A stretch of 64,000 bases of DNA from Trichoplax adhaerens (Eukaryota > Animalia > Placozoa): NCBI RefSeq assembly GCF_000150275.1, contig NW_002060975.1, positions 204,993 through 268,992 on the forward strand, in the 5' to 3' direction. Below are positions 50,203-63,142 of this stretch, one piece after another. The notes beneath the pieces were generated by a model. That model worked only from the letters and a program-made list of their open reading frames with translations, searched no databases and was not told the origin of the DNA. Each line of letters begins with the position of its first letter. Positions within the stretch are counted from its first letter, which is position 1. The position numbers were made by a program, and so were the translations under genes.

Positions 50203-53200
50203 ATTTAAGAAGATATTGATAAAATTTTACTGACAGCTTGAAAGAATGACTGAATAGCTTGAATAGAATAGTATGACAGAGTGTTAATCCGGTCTTTAAA
50301 ATCGTCAGCCAAACATTTTAAAGGGAAAATTTGTTTTTAAAATTTAATAATGCTCCAAACATTATGCTACGCTAGTAATTGTACAATAGGCGCATAAATT
50401 TTCACCATAAATTTCAAATTATTGCACACCATGGAAAGTTGAAAAGTTACTTAATCCGATATCGTTCACTAATAGTATCAGCCTAAAATGAACCAGCCAA
50501 GTAATTTATTCTGGCTTTCTTCTTAAATGTCCTGATTGTAGCATACATGGAATAGCCTATCCTTCAAACACGAAATGAAATTTTTATAGTTAGCTTAAAA
50601 TATCAGACTTAACTTACTTGTAGACTAATAGATCATTGATATGGAAGAAATTATTTCCATTTATAATCGTACTACAATTGGCAGTATTTCTTATCTTTAA
50701 CTTAATCATTTTAGGACTGTCTCTTACTGTTTTGAAACGCTGTAATAGTTAATGCAATGATCTTCATTTATATTAGCTAAGCTTTCTTATTATCACTAAT
50801 AAATTGTATTATTTATCAAAGTTATATTCCTTAAACCAGCTTAAAATCACATATTATCAAATTAATGTAAGCATGGTATTCATTACAGGGAAAGAAATAA
50901 AATCGTGTAATTCTTCGAATTTAATCTAGAATACAAACTTTCTACTTGTATACCGCAAATTACAGTCTAGCTTATACAAAACTGCAAAATTCAGAGCATT
51001 CGCTGCTAGAGCTATAAAGAAGAATTGCTACTGATCTCTCTGGGATTGTACAATAGTTACAGCAATAAGCTGCCTCAGTCAAATATTATATCTTAACCTA
51101 TCTAGGATATGCATGCTCATAAATGAGAGCTATTTCTTAGCAATAGTATACAAATAGTAATTAAACTGTTGTAAACAAATTAAGCACATTGTACTGTTTT
51201 ATCGTACTCCTTTAAGGTAAATACAATCTCAGTTAATTCTAAAGGCACTATTTTATTTACAACAATTCTAAAGAAACTATTTTCTTTGATACGATTTAGT
51301 TATAATTTTAATTTATACGGCATACTATATTGGAAATCTTCATAACATTGAATTATCCTTTATCATTTATGGTATCAAAAACATGATCGGATAACAAAAT
51401 CAATCAATTTTATTTAGTATTAGGAAATAATAATTACGCTTTATGAATAGCAAGTTGAGTGTTACTTTAGCAAAAAAAATATACATCCGGGTAACTGAAA
51501 ATTTAGTACAGATAGATTAGATTTCTAATAGTATATATTACTGTTACGAAGACTAAGATTTCGATAAAAGTTTATGACATCAGAGTATTCAAATTACAAT
51601 TCGAACTGATTTAGACCTTGAAATGATATATCGAATTAAGGGCAATAATTAATTACTATACCGTGGCTAAGGCTATCTGATCTACTATATGTCTAACTGA
51701 TGTAATAATTACCGAAGTTAAAGTGTCTTAATTTTAGTTCAGGCTAAGAAGACTAGACTGAAAGTATTTGCTTGTAGTAATAAATAACATTCAAGTTCCA
51801 AGAAAACTGTTATTCATAACGCGTCCGTTATAATTGTATTAGTCTAGACTATATGGCGTTAACGATTAGGAATTTACCAATAAAGTATAAAGAAATTCCT
51901 TATGTAACAGTTACTGACTTTGGAATTGACGATAGGACTATGTAAATGTATTTAGCTATAGAAGAGTGTTAGAGTAGCAGCGAAAGCTTACATAGTATAA
52001 AGACAATTTGTATCATAATTATGGTTGTGACATACTGATAAATATAGTAATATAAAAGGAACGAGTTTATTAAATTTTTGTATCGATATATCTATAAATT
52101 TGCATATACATCATTTATGCGTATTTTAACAGCGTCTAAGTTTTTCAATGACTGGTAGTCGTGATTTTCTCAAGTGGGTTTTCATGCCTAATCCCATTAA
52201 CGATTATTGTCCTACTATGAAAATACGGACAACAATTCTTACGTTTTCAATCATGTCATGAAGTAATGGATTTATCCTTGAATTTGAAGTATGATTCGCC
52301 TTCGACCTAATTAAATGAAATTAGGTAGTGGTCTAGCGTTAGCTGTCTGAATTCCTACATTTCTCATAACTCAAAGCGGTAATAAATGTACAGGTACACC
52401 AGTAATATTAGCTCCATATGTATCTTACAAAATCTTCGCAAATAATTTTCGTGCCTTAAAAAATACCATTAATGAGAACTGACAAGATATTTGAGATGAT
52501 TCTAGCGCTTATATGAGTAGCGCAAGATTAGTTGTTTACTCCTTAAATTATGCAACAAAAAGAATAAATTTTTATTTAGAAATGCAATAGCCACATGAAC
52601 TCATCCTTTTAGTAATACCGAATTTACTTACCAAAGTAACAACTTTTAACGTAATTTTATTTAGAGCAGCAACATCTACAAAATAATATTATAGAAGTTA
52701 CCTTCGCTTAGCTATCAATTATGCTCCTCTTTATAATAGTACGGGTATCAATTGAATGATTATTTATTTCCTTTATCATTTATAATAGAAATCCGCATTC
52801 ATTTACTGGATTGTAACATTTATGGGAATAATTGCAATTTTAGTTCGAGGCAGATTTTTTGTGACGAGATAGACAAAAAATTTTTCATAAAACTTATAAA
52901 ACTTCCAAGATTTATTTATTCTATATCAGCTCTTTCTACTTATCCACGGCATATAGCAGCGTAACATATATACTATTGTATTAATATGATTTAAAACTAG
53001 TAGAATATCCTATTGCTTATACTTTAATTAAGTTTAATGGCCCTAGCTATACCAGTTCAATAGTCAACTGTTACTAGCGTCAATAATGACTAATATTGCT
53101 AATCAACATTTCCTTATATTAGTAACTCAACAATACCCAATACTATTAATTCATCCATATCAAATATGGGTGTATCACCACAATTAGTATGCAGGCTATT

Positions 53201-54925
53201 GGGAAAATATTCAAATTTTGCGGCTTTCTTAACCATAGTGGTCTCTGCTTTAAACTGAATTTATTTCTTTTAAATATAATGTTCATAAACCAAATCCGAT
53301 CTGCCTTTATTTAGGAATTTTTTAGGATGCATTTTTGCCACATCTATTTGCTAATGAAGTGAATTACTCTCGGTGCAGCAATAACGATTAAACACTTAGC
53401 TATAGATGATCATTTGCACTCTAACACAGAGTATTTCACAAGCTGAGGCTGGCAGTTAATAGAGCATAACATTGCTATATCTTTATTTCTTAGAGATAAC
53501 TTGAAATTATTTGAAAAATTATCCTAGAAATCATTTGCTCGTCAATAGCCAAAGAGTATTCGTTATCTTTAGCGATAATCACAATAATATCATAGTTCTG
53601 CAGTTTACTAACCATTATTGTACATCAAAAACAAAATTTAAAAATTGTGCAGAAGTTATTATTAATTTCAGCATTATTTAGACCAATCGAAGATCATACC
53701 ATGACATTGTCGAAATGATAAACTTTCTACCTAAGTTTATCAATAAACCTCGACGTAAATGAATTTCATAAATTATTATTGCAAACACTTATTAACTGAG
53801 AAAGTATTCTTGATATCATACTATTATTGAGATAGTAATAAGTTATAGCATTTTGTTAAGCTTTTTATTAAAAAATTGTAATGATATCTGACATTTATAC
53901 GATGTTATAGCTAGTTGGATTTGCTATTGTATTTTTTTACTGAGGAATAAAATTAAGAGTGATCAACAATATACTTTGCTACTAACTACGATTGCTACTT
54001 GAAGCTTGAGAAGGACAATTTCATTGATATAATCGATTTCTAATACCTTACTAACAAGATCATGCAAAGGGTAGAATGTTCATTAAAGTAACCAGAATAT
54101 CGTTCGCCATAATTTGGAAACCTCTTTATTATTGTTATAAAGACTTATGTCTTATAACATTATCAACAAGCATCTTCGATTAAGAATCATTTATATTCCT
54201 TCGATTCTCTCTAAATTGCCATATATACAGCGATTTAGTTATTATTTAATGCCAAGCTTAAGTTTTTAATCATAGAATAAGTATGTAATAGTCATAGATT
54301 TATGCAATATCATGTATAGAATACGTTTATATTTCTTATTGAAAGCAAATGGTATTTTATACGAAATAGGATTGCAATCATTATTGCTGAATGTAAATGA
54401 AATTTTGCTAAATGTTTTTCTACGAACAAGAATACACCAGCAGATACGCATACCTAAAATACATTCTTAATTTAGCTTTTAACCTTACATGATCATATTT
54501 AATTCATACTATATATAATTACTTCTATATCTCAAGCTAAACTGTATTAATAGCGTGAATTTAATCGAGCTTAGAGCTAAAGTATTTTAATAACAAGATA
54601 ATAACAGAAAAATGCGCTCGTAACCTATGTAGATATTAAAAAAAAGGCAACGATAATAACTCAATCTTCAATAAATATTCCTATATTTTGCATAGTTATA
54701 GCAGTATACAGCATAAAGTACCCGATATTCTTTCAGTAATCGAATTAATAAGCCCAGAATAATTGACAAGAGTAAAATCTCTAATTTCATCGAACAGATC
54801 AAGGTAAAAATCTATTTCAGCCATTTAACGTAGCACGTAAATTGATATATTTTACTTTGGGCTTAAGTACACATATCATATGTAATCTTTGGTAGCGTTG
54901 CTGCCTATGTTGAACACTTTTACAG

Positions 54926-55939
54926 TCAAATATTGCCTACTGACGCGGTCACAGTTATTTGAGTAACAGAAGATCTTCTATCGCCATCTTGACATGGTAG
55001 CATTCGACGAAATAAAGTAAAAAATCGCTTTCTCACTTTCAAATCGAACTTGAGATACAACAATGGGTTGAGGATAACTATTGATGTAGTGATTATCACG
55101 GTAAAAAAAGAAAGTAGAAAATTAACTATACTTTTCTGACGGATCATAAATGTGGACTGGCGTGTAATAGCCATACCAATAATATTGGCAAAGTAGGGCC
55201 AGCCAAGTGCAATGTAAGAGACGGAAATCCAAATCAACATATTAATAAATCGTTTCTTTTTCAACTGTCCTTGTATAGCCCGATCATGAAGTACTTTTCC
55301 AGGTCGAATATACGACTTTTGGAAAGAAATTATTTTACCGTAAATAATTAAAATAACAAAAGTTGGAATTATAAATACGATAAATGTTTTAACAATTATA
55401 TAAAGTGATACAGATGGTGTTATGTTAGGAATATCACACAGCAAAGTATCATTACGATTAACTCCTACAAAAATGAAAACAGGTATATTAACAGCGATTG
55501 CAATTAGCCAAATGATAATTTCACTTAAGACCAATATATGTTTTTTGTATATACGATAAAACAACGACAGAGGTTTAACAATATTAAAATAGCGATCAAT
55601 ACCAACTAAGCATAGATTCATCATAGAAACTGTAAAGGATGCAAATAGAAAATATAACACCAATTGGCACATTATTGTACCTCCTCGATAATTTAAATTG
55701 CGATCGACGATTAATATGTATCCAGCTAGTGATGTTATAGTCGATATGATGTCGGATACAAAAGAAATCCGTATCAGTTTATAAGTAGTACTTCGAAAAT
55801 ACCTCTCGTAGCTAAGCAGATAAAAAATAGCTACATTGATAAAGAGTCCGAAAATAAAAATTGGAATACCAGCAATCGCAGCCAATCGATAAATTTGTGT
55901 CGATATATGTCTAGTTGAATCGATGGAATGATTGTCCAT
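54926..55939 (-). CDS. Single-exon class A orphan GPCR, array member 5
   Basis: 337-aa ORF, 7TM, IDRY, CDIP, GWPYF, NPLLY. Confidence 0.94.
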   Translation of the reverse strand: MDNHSIDSTRHISTQIYRLAAIAGIPIFIFGLFINVAIFYLLSYERYFRSTTYKLIRISFVSDIISTITSLAGYILIVDRNLNYRGGTIMCQLVLYFLFASFTVSMMNLCLVGIDRYFNIVKPLSLFYRIYKKHILVLSEIIIWLIAIAVNIPVFIFVGVNRNDTLLCDIPNITPSVSLYIIVKTFIVFIIPTFVILIIYGKIISFQKSYIRPGKVLHDRAIQGQLKKKRFINMLIWISVSYIALGWPYFANIIGMAITRQSTFMIRQKSIVNFLLSFFTVIITTSIVILNPLLYLKFDLKVRKRFFTLFRRMLPCQDGDRRSSVTQITVTASVGNI

Positions 55940-58900
55940 GTTTTCTTTATTAGCCTTTTAAGTAAACTTAATAGAACTAATTTCAATACTAATATTTCCA
56001 ACGGTATAATTTGTAATACGATACTTCGTCCAGTGGCATAGCCGTGTATCCAAATCGATCTAGACGATTGGTATAGTGTCTATGATTAGGCCAGCCAATA
56101 TTTCAATGTATTTTGCACTTTCTCTGTCGTCACAATTTCAATCGTAGCCGTAACTGATATGCCAAATCACCAGCTGCAGCGGCTTTTATCCCCATAATTC
56201 CCTCATTGAAGCCTTTCATTAATTATAAACCATCCAATTAGATAAACGTAGATAATTAAAATAGATAGCTTTCAAACTATGAAACAAAAATTGACGAAAT
56301 TACACCTATAAGCATAAGAAACTTTGTATTCATAAACATTTTGCTTAATTCTCCATTGATGGCTTCTATAATATCTGTAACTATTCGAATTAGCTGGCGA
56401 ATTTAGCAGCATGTAATTAATGAAAAAGTTGCAAAATGTGTACTTTTAATTTAGCGTGCTTGGTTTATGACAATACCTACATTTTTCCTACTGAATCGCC
56501 TTTTGTAAACGATTACAATATATCCAAATAGGCAAGCAAAGATAATAATTAGTTAACTTTTAATCAAAAACAAAGGGTAACCAAATTGAAGTTATAATTA
56601 TAAGTAAAGATTGTAGTACATGCTTATACATACTGTATAGTGAAACAGAAAAGATTAAATTTACATCTCTAATTTTAACAATTTTACAATAGATTATCTA
56701 TAATAATAGTGATGGGTAAGTATTGTTAGCCAAGATACCTTGCTAGTTCTCGACACCATTATTCCAACTTATCAATAACATCAAAATATAAGAGATTGGA
56801 TGGGGTTTTGTTTCTCTCGATATCAAAATGAAGAAAATAAATGATTCAAGTTTTTAATTACGTATGCGGATATCAAGCATTAGACAATAATAGGCTTTAA
56901 CAATCAAACTGTTACATTACTAACGTCATTTGAAATAACTTGAACTATGGCAACGATGCATAAATGATGCAAATATGGATATATATCATTCATTATAAAC
57001 AGCGATTGTTATTATAAATAATACAATGAATAAATAAATACTAATTTATTGAATTCAGCCGCTTGGGGGAGAAAATTCAATAATATAGTAAAAATTTCAT
57101 AATAAGAACTTTCATTTATAACCGATAAATAGGTTAATAAGAGTATATTTTGAGACATATTTGCTACAGATAGAATCATGTTTCATGACATTAAATTCTA
57201 CGAATTAGGAATTAAAATTGCCTTATAACGAAATTTACTCGATACTATTGAACTTTGATTCATCAAGAGCTGGCTTACTACTCGAGTTTAATAGAAACAA
57301 TAAGAATTATAGAACATCTTGTCATAAAGTTATTTAATGCTTAGAAATAACCTTACTTTTGTTAGATACGACATATTGTGCTTGAAAAATGTTGGTGATG
57401 GCATATACCCATTTATAGTCATGCTTTGCTTAGTATCCTCATTTCAAGTAGACTTCGCTGATTTTTAAAACTCTACCCATTTTAATTTACTGATTTTAAC
57501 GCAATGTAGCTATAACTTTGATATAAACTTTAGAAATTTATAGATTAGTCTTGTAAGGGACTGGTGGTTACTATGGCCTCTTGACAATGGGATATATTCG
57601 ATGTTTTAGAGTCCATTTGCTGGCAGATAGCGAGGACAGGCAGACTCTAATAAAGTCGCGGTTGTTTTCTCTCTCCTGACCTTGATATTTTCGTATCTGA
57701 TAAATTTAATTTGCTGCTATTTAAAGATTCCACAAGCAAGTTATACATACCAATAAAGTCTATTTTCAAAAGATTGTACGGTGTAAATTTACCTTTAAAA
57801 TTTCTAGAGAAATTATGCAGAAAATACACGCACATTAAATCTAAAGAAAGAATTATCATGACTCAATAACCATCTTATAACAGCAATACATTCAATCGAG
57901 ATTAATTTAAAAGTCGCAGTTTAGTTCAAAAGAATAGTTTTAAAAGGTAGAATTAGCTCTCGAACAAATTTTTAGCAAACTTCATTTGTCCTAGCTTCAC
58001 AGAGCTGTCAATAACATCAAAAAAACTGTTAAACTAGATGAGCTAATCACGATATCTTTACGTATTTTAATATAAACTTCAGATAGTAACTAAATGCAGC
58101 TCCTTTACAGAGTTATTCATTAGTCTATTTCTACTCTCAGATTAAATAGCAATAGAATGTCAGGATTATGCATATAGCGACCAGATGTGTAGAACAAGGC
58201 TTTAATGGTGAAGATATCATATTACAGGTAATTACTACCAAATTAAAATTAATTTCCAAACTTAATTAATAATCATAATATTGTTAATCTCAACATAAGC
58301 CAGAGCCAGAATTCCTTAATGAGCACTATCTGATCTTTTAACAGTTTCATAAATCGTAAATTAACAATTTTCTATCAAGCAGATTAACTTTCTTTATGGT
58401 ATCAATGTTAGGCATTATTAATAAATAAGGCCTCGTACGCCAGAATGCGAGCGATAGTAAATTAATTTCCCGCCCGCTATTTGTTTTGATTATTCCTACA
58501 GAAGACCTGGTAGAGAAATATGAATATCAAGCTTTAAGGAAGTTAGTCAGGATTACCGTCATGACTGGAATTTAATTATATTTAATAATTTCCAGATTTA
58601 CTATCGTGAATAGCTTACATGTGAAGCTGCTGATGAAATTATAACTTACTAAGATTCATTCGCGCGTATTATCTCTCACTATCGCTAACCTATCATAAGC
58701 TTGATTAATACGATACTTGAAGAAAATTATTATCTTTTCGGAATCATTAATTATCATCTATGAGGAATTAAGAAGTTTTGGAGTTAATCTTATATATTAA
58801 AAATATCGTGCTACACATAGAATTTTTTTAAGTTTTGTTGTCTAGATCAATACGAACATTAAAATGTAATGTTACTGCATGATATTTAAATTTAATAATA

Positions 58901-61384
58901 GTTTTGGCCTTACATCACTATATGAATTTGAAATGATAAGCATAAAAGAACACATAACATCACCGCTAATCTTACAAGGTTCTTCAGACTGTTGTTATGC
59001 AGAAAACAATGCTGGACATAAATTAAAGCGAATAAAGATCGCCTTGTCATTTAACAATTATTCTATCGTCTTAGCCATCTATTATAGCTCAATGTGTTTG
59101 TAATAAAGCAATAAAGTCTCTAATAGACATTTATAGAAATTATTGTGTCTTTGACATCATATCTGTCCTTCCATTTACCAAGTTTGTGTGCAAAAAAAGA
59201 TCGAAGACTGCCGATGGAAATGACGCAATTATTATAAAGCAAGGTATATTTGCGATCGTTTTATCACTTTCTTGTGCTCCCATTATGCATAATTATTAAT
59301 CATTCATTATTATGGTTGAATATTCTAAGATATCATTATCGGCACTTTTAATAGTAGCTGTCATATTATTATTAATCTTAGCTAACAAAAACTAGAAAAT
59401 ATTACTGCAGCAATTGTTTACTAAGCTATAGAAATCGTGAAACAAATCATTCCTATCAACTGTGCTTCTAGACAATAATGAATAAGTAGATACTTTGCTA
59501 TTTATAATGCATTTCCAGTAAAATAAGTTAATAAATATCTCGTTCCAGTATTTTTAGAATATTATAATAAACCAGTCAGGGCAGCTCTTGAATAGCCTTA
59601 TAGCCCAATAACAGAAAGATGAAATATTACTGAGCTAAAATCTTGAGTGTGCTATAACAGATACCTACAGATTATAATAATTATCTGCCATAATATACAC
59701 TCGCATATTTAATCACTATATAACTGTCTATTGAACTTTGTTAACGCTGTATTACTTTACTTTGCGAGCCAAATTTAAGTATAATAAGGCGCCAAAGCTG
59801 ACAGAATTAGCTAGGTCAGACGAAGCTTGTAAATAATAAATATTTTCATATATTTGTTCTATAGATCTTCATTTACCTCAATAAATATCCGTTAGTCCGT
59901 AACATACTTCAATGCATTATCTTGTCAGATTAATATACACAGTAAGCTTTAGTTTTATCCGATTAAACAATATAAGACAACAAATTATGCTAGTAAACAA
60001 ACTTTGGTTACTTGTGTATTATATAGGTTAGTTAGGACAGGTAAACCTGGATCATTGCGCGAATATTTGAATAGGACACATGTATAGGATAAGCTTACAT
60101 CGAAATAGCACCAATATGAAATTTTATTCCCAAAATTCATGTCGTCATTTTTTTATAACAAATTTCTACGATTTCTGAAAGTTATTAATAGCAATTCTTT
60201 AAACAGGTATATAAACTCGTCATTAATTACTATTTATTGCAAGGCTGGAATTTAATTAGATTGCTGATTCTGTCAATAAAATTGAACTCGGTTAGATTGT
60301 CTTCATGCAGCAACTTATAATAACTGCTTTGATTTATATCATTTGCAGTATTGAAAATAATGGAGTTAGCTCAAAGATATTGGTAAAACCCCTATAGACC
60401 AAATAAAAGATGGCAATTGATGATCGATAAACATGATCTTTACTTGACCTCTGTATGACAGTAATTTTCCTAAAAATGTTGTAAGTACGATTGATAAAAC
60501 TTAAAATCAGTCATCTAATCGGTAATTTTCTTTCACCTTTGAACTGAGTACTCCTTACCAATGTACAACTCGATCAATTAAGTAATTTCGGCTAACAATT
60601 GTAGGCAAGTGAGGATAAAGGAACAAATCTTAAGCCTAAATTAGCTTCTTTTTATTCACATTTTATCTTACCTAAATAAATGGCATAAGAGTAAATATAA
60701 ATCTTTATTCAAATATCGATTAGATCGATACAAAATTATGAGAAACAACTATTTGGAGAAATAGTTAGCTACGTTGATCCTCGTGTTCACAGCTAGTTCT
60801 TTTGAACATTTTATTTTCAACTTGATGCTATAGATTAGAATGATAATTAATGATCATCTATTTTAGGTAAATTAGGTACAATTTCTAGAGATACGCATAT
60901 AGAAAGTTGCAATGTAGTATTAGCTCTCAAAAAATTTATCACCATTCTCAAACGCGTACAGCATCAATATTTCGAGTACTGAAGGTATATGCTAAGAAGA
61001 AAGTACCTTACATTATTACTGGACTAGTAATAAGATGAGTTTATTTTATCTTTGTATTCGTAATCAGAACCACTTGACCATCAGGGAAAGGTAATTGATT
61101 GCGAAACTTGTAATAAATTCTAGACACTAAGCTATAAATTCAAATTACTTATTTTATTATATGCAAACCTGATACGGTAGCCATTTTCTTAAGAAAATGG
61201 TTCATAAAATCATATAGGAATATAACTATGAGTGCTATATCAATCTATAGTTGCAATAGCACAAATTTCAATCCTTCAAATACAGCCAATCCATAAGACA
61301 GAAGCAAATTAGTAAGTTATCCAAATCAACAGTCTAGTATGTCGTTAAATGGAATATACGCGTATCCTACTAGAAATGATACTA

Positions 61385-61820
61385 AAGTTTTGAATTAATA
61401 ATAGTAGTGGTATTAGGACTTTGCCTAAAAGAATAAACTAAAATAAATGATTCTCTAATAGTTTTCAATCTACAACATAAGCAACAGAACAAGAACACCA
61501 CCGCAGTAAACTATTTTAGAAAACTTTGAAGTATTGAATTAACGATAGTAGCGGCATTTGGACGTCAATCTGAGAGAATTAGCTAATATAGGCGTTTCTC
61601 TGATATTTTTCAATCAGCAAATTACGCTATAAAACAAGAAAACTACGTCAATATAAGATTTTGGAAAACTTTAAAAGGATTAAATCAATGGTATTAGTGA
61701 CATTAGGATGATAATCTGAGAGAATAAGCTAAATTAAGCGTTTCGCTAATAGTTTCCTATTTACAATACACGCAACAGAATTAAAAAAACTACGACGATG
61801 TAACATTTCAGAAAACTTTA
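61385..61820. repeat. Diverged tandem repeat, period about 145-147 bp, about 3 copies
   Basis: gaaaacttt at 61519, 61664 and 61811; aatctgagagaat(t/a)agctaa at about 61567 and 61713; gcaacagaa at 61481 and 61772. Confidence 0.78.
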
Positions 61821-62137
61821 TAGGAATCTGGGCGTCAATTTAGCAGGGGAAAGTTAGCAAAGATGTTCTTCTATTTGGTGTAGTCTATAAGAATTCATAA
61901 AATCCATTGTTGAAAACCTACTTAAATTGACTTCAATGGACTTTTCTGTAGCACAATGAGATTAATATAATTTTTGTGGCTAATTAATTGTTAGTACTAA
62001 AACTTCTAATTAAGAAGTCTATGAATATACAGCCGTCGTAAACATACCTAACCACAAGATAGACTTTATTCGTACATTAGGCAATGCCAGTACAATTTTG
62101 TATAAGCAGCATGAGCAAATGAAATATTTAAGTGTGA

Positions 62138-63142
62138 TTAATTTCTATTTACGCTGATAGAATTCAGGGTCGATCCAGTAGAAGTTACTTGAATCACAGA
62201 CTCGTCTCTTTTGTCAAATTTACATAACGCTATTCGTCGAATTAGCGCAAGTGATTTTCGCCTCACCTTTAAATCGAATTTTATATATAGAAAGGGATTT
62301 AAAATAACAATTGATGTCGTTATCGTGACGGTGAAAAATGCAAACAAAAAATTGACCATACTCTTCTGACGAATTTGAAGCGTCGATTGGCCTGTTATTG
62401 CCATACCGAAGCCAGTAGCAAAGTAGGGCCAACTAAGTGTAATGTAAGAGACTGAAATCCAAGTGAGCATCTTTACAAATTGTTTCTTTTTCTGCTGGTT
62501 TCGTACGGCCTGACTTTGTAGTACTTCGCCAGGTCGAACGTACGATTTCTGATAAGTAATTATTTTCCCGTATAGAATTAAAATAATGATAGTTGGAATA
62601 ATAAATACAATTGTTGCATGAAATATCATGAACACTGAAACTGATGGCGTAATATCTGGAATATCACAAAGTAATGTATCGTTCTGATGAACTCCTACAA
62701 TGATAAGAACCGGTGCGTTGATACTAGCCGAAGCTAACCAAATTATAATTTCACCAATGACCAGAATAGAGGTCTTATTATGACGATAATATGATGATAG
62801 CGGTCTAACGATTATAAAATACCGATCGATGCCAATCAAGCATAGATTCATCATGGAGACTCCAAATGAGGTAAATAAAGAACATAGCACCACACGACAC
62901 ATCAATGTGCCACCACTGTAATTTAAATTGCGATTTACAATCTGAACATAACCAGTTAGTGATGCAACAGTCGATATGATATCGGATACAACAGAAATAC
63001 GCATTAATTTATAAGATGTTTTTCGAAAGCTTTTATCGAAAAAGAAAAGGTATAAAATGATCAAATTGACTACTAGCCCAAATATGAAAATAGGAATTCC
63101 AACGATCGCAGCGTATCGATAAATTTGAGTTGCCCAATCCAT
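62138..63142 (-). CDS. Single-exon class A orphan GPCR, array member 6 (very short N-terminus)
   Basis: 7TM, IDRY, CDIP, SWPYF, NPFLY; first ATG at 63142, in-frame TAA at 63154-63152. Confidence 0.92.
   Translation of the reverse strand: MDWATQIYRYAAIVGIPIFIFGLVVNLIILYLFFFDKSFRKTSYKLMRISVVSDIISTVASLTGYVQIVNRNLNYSGGTLMCRVVLCSLFTSFGVSMMNLCLIGIDRYFIIVRPLSSYYRHNKTSILVIGEIIIWLASASINAPVLIIVGVHQNDTLLCDIPDITPSVSVFMIFHATIVFIIPTIIILILYGKIITYQKSYVRPGEVLQSQAVRNQQKKKQFVKMLTWISVSYITLSWPYFATGFGMAITGQSTLQIRQKSMVNFLFAFFTVTITTSIVILNPFLYIKFDLKVRRKSLALIRRIALCKFDKRDESVIQVTSTGSTLNSISVNRN

Noticed and set aside
56031-56045. CAGTGGCATAGCC, resembling a DNA-transposon/MITE terminal inverted repeat
   Set aside because: No matching inverted partner found
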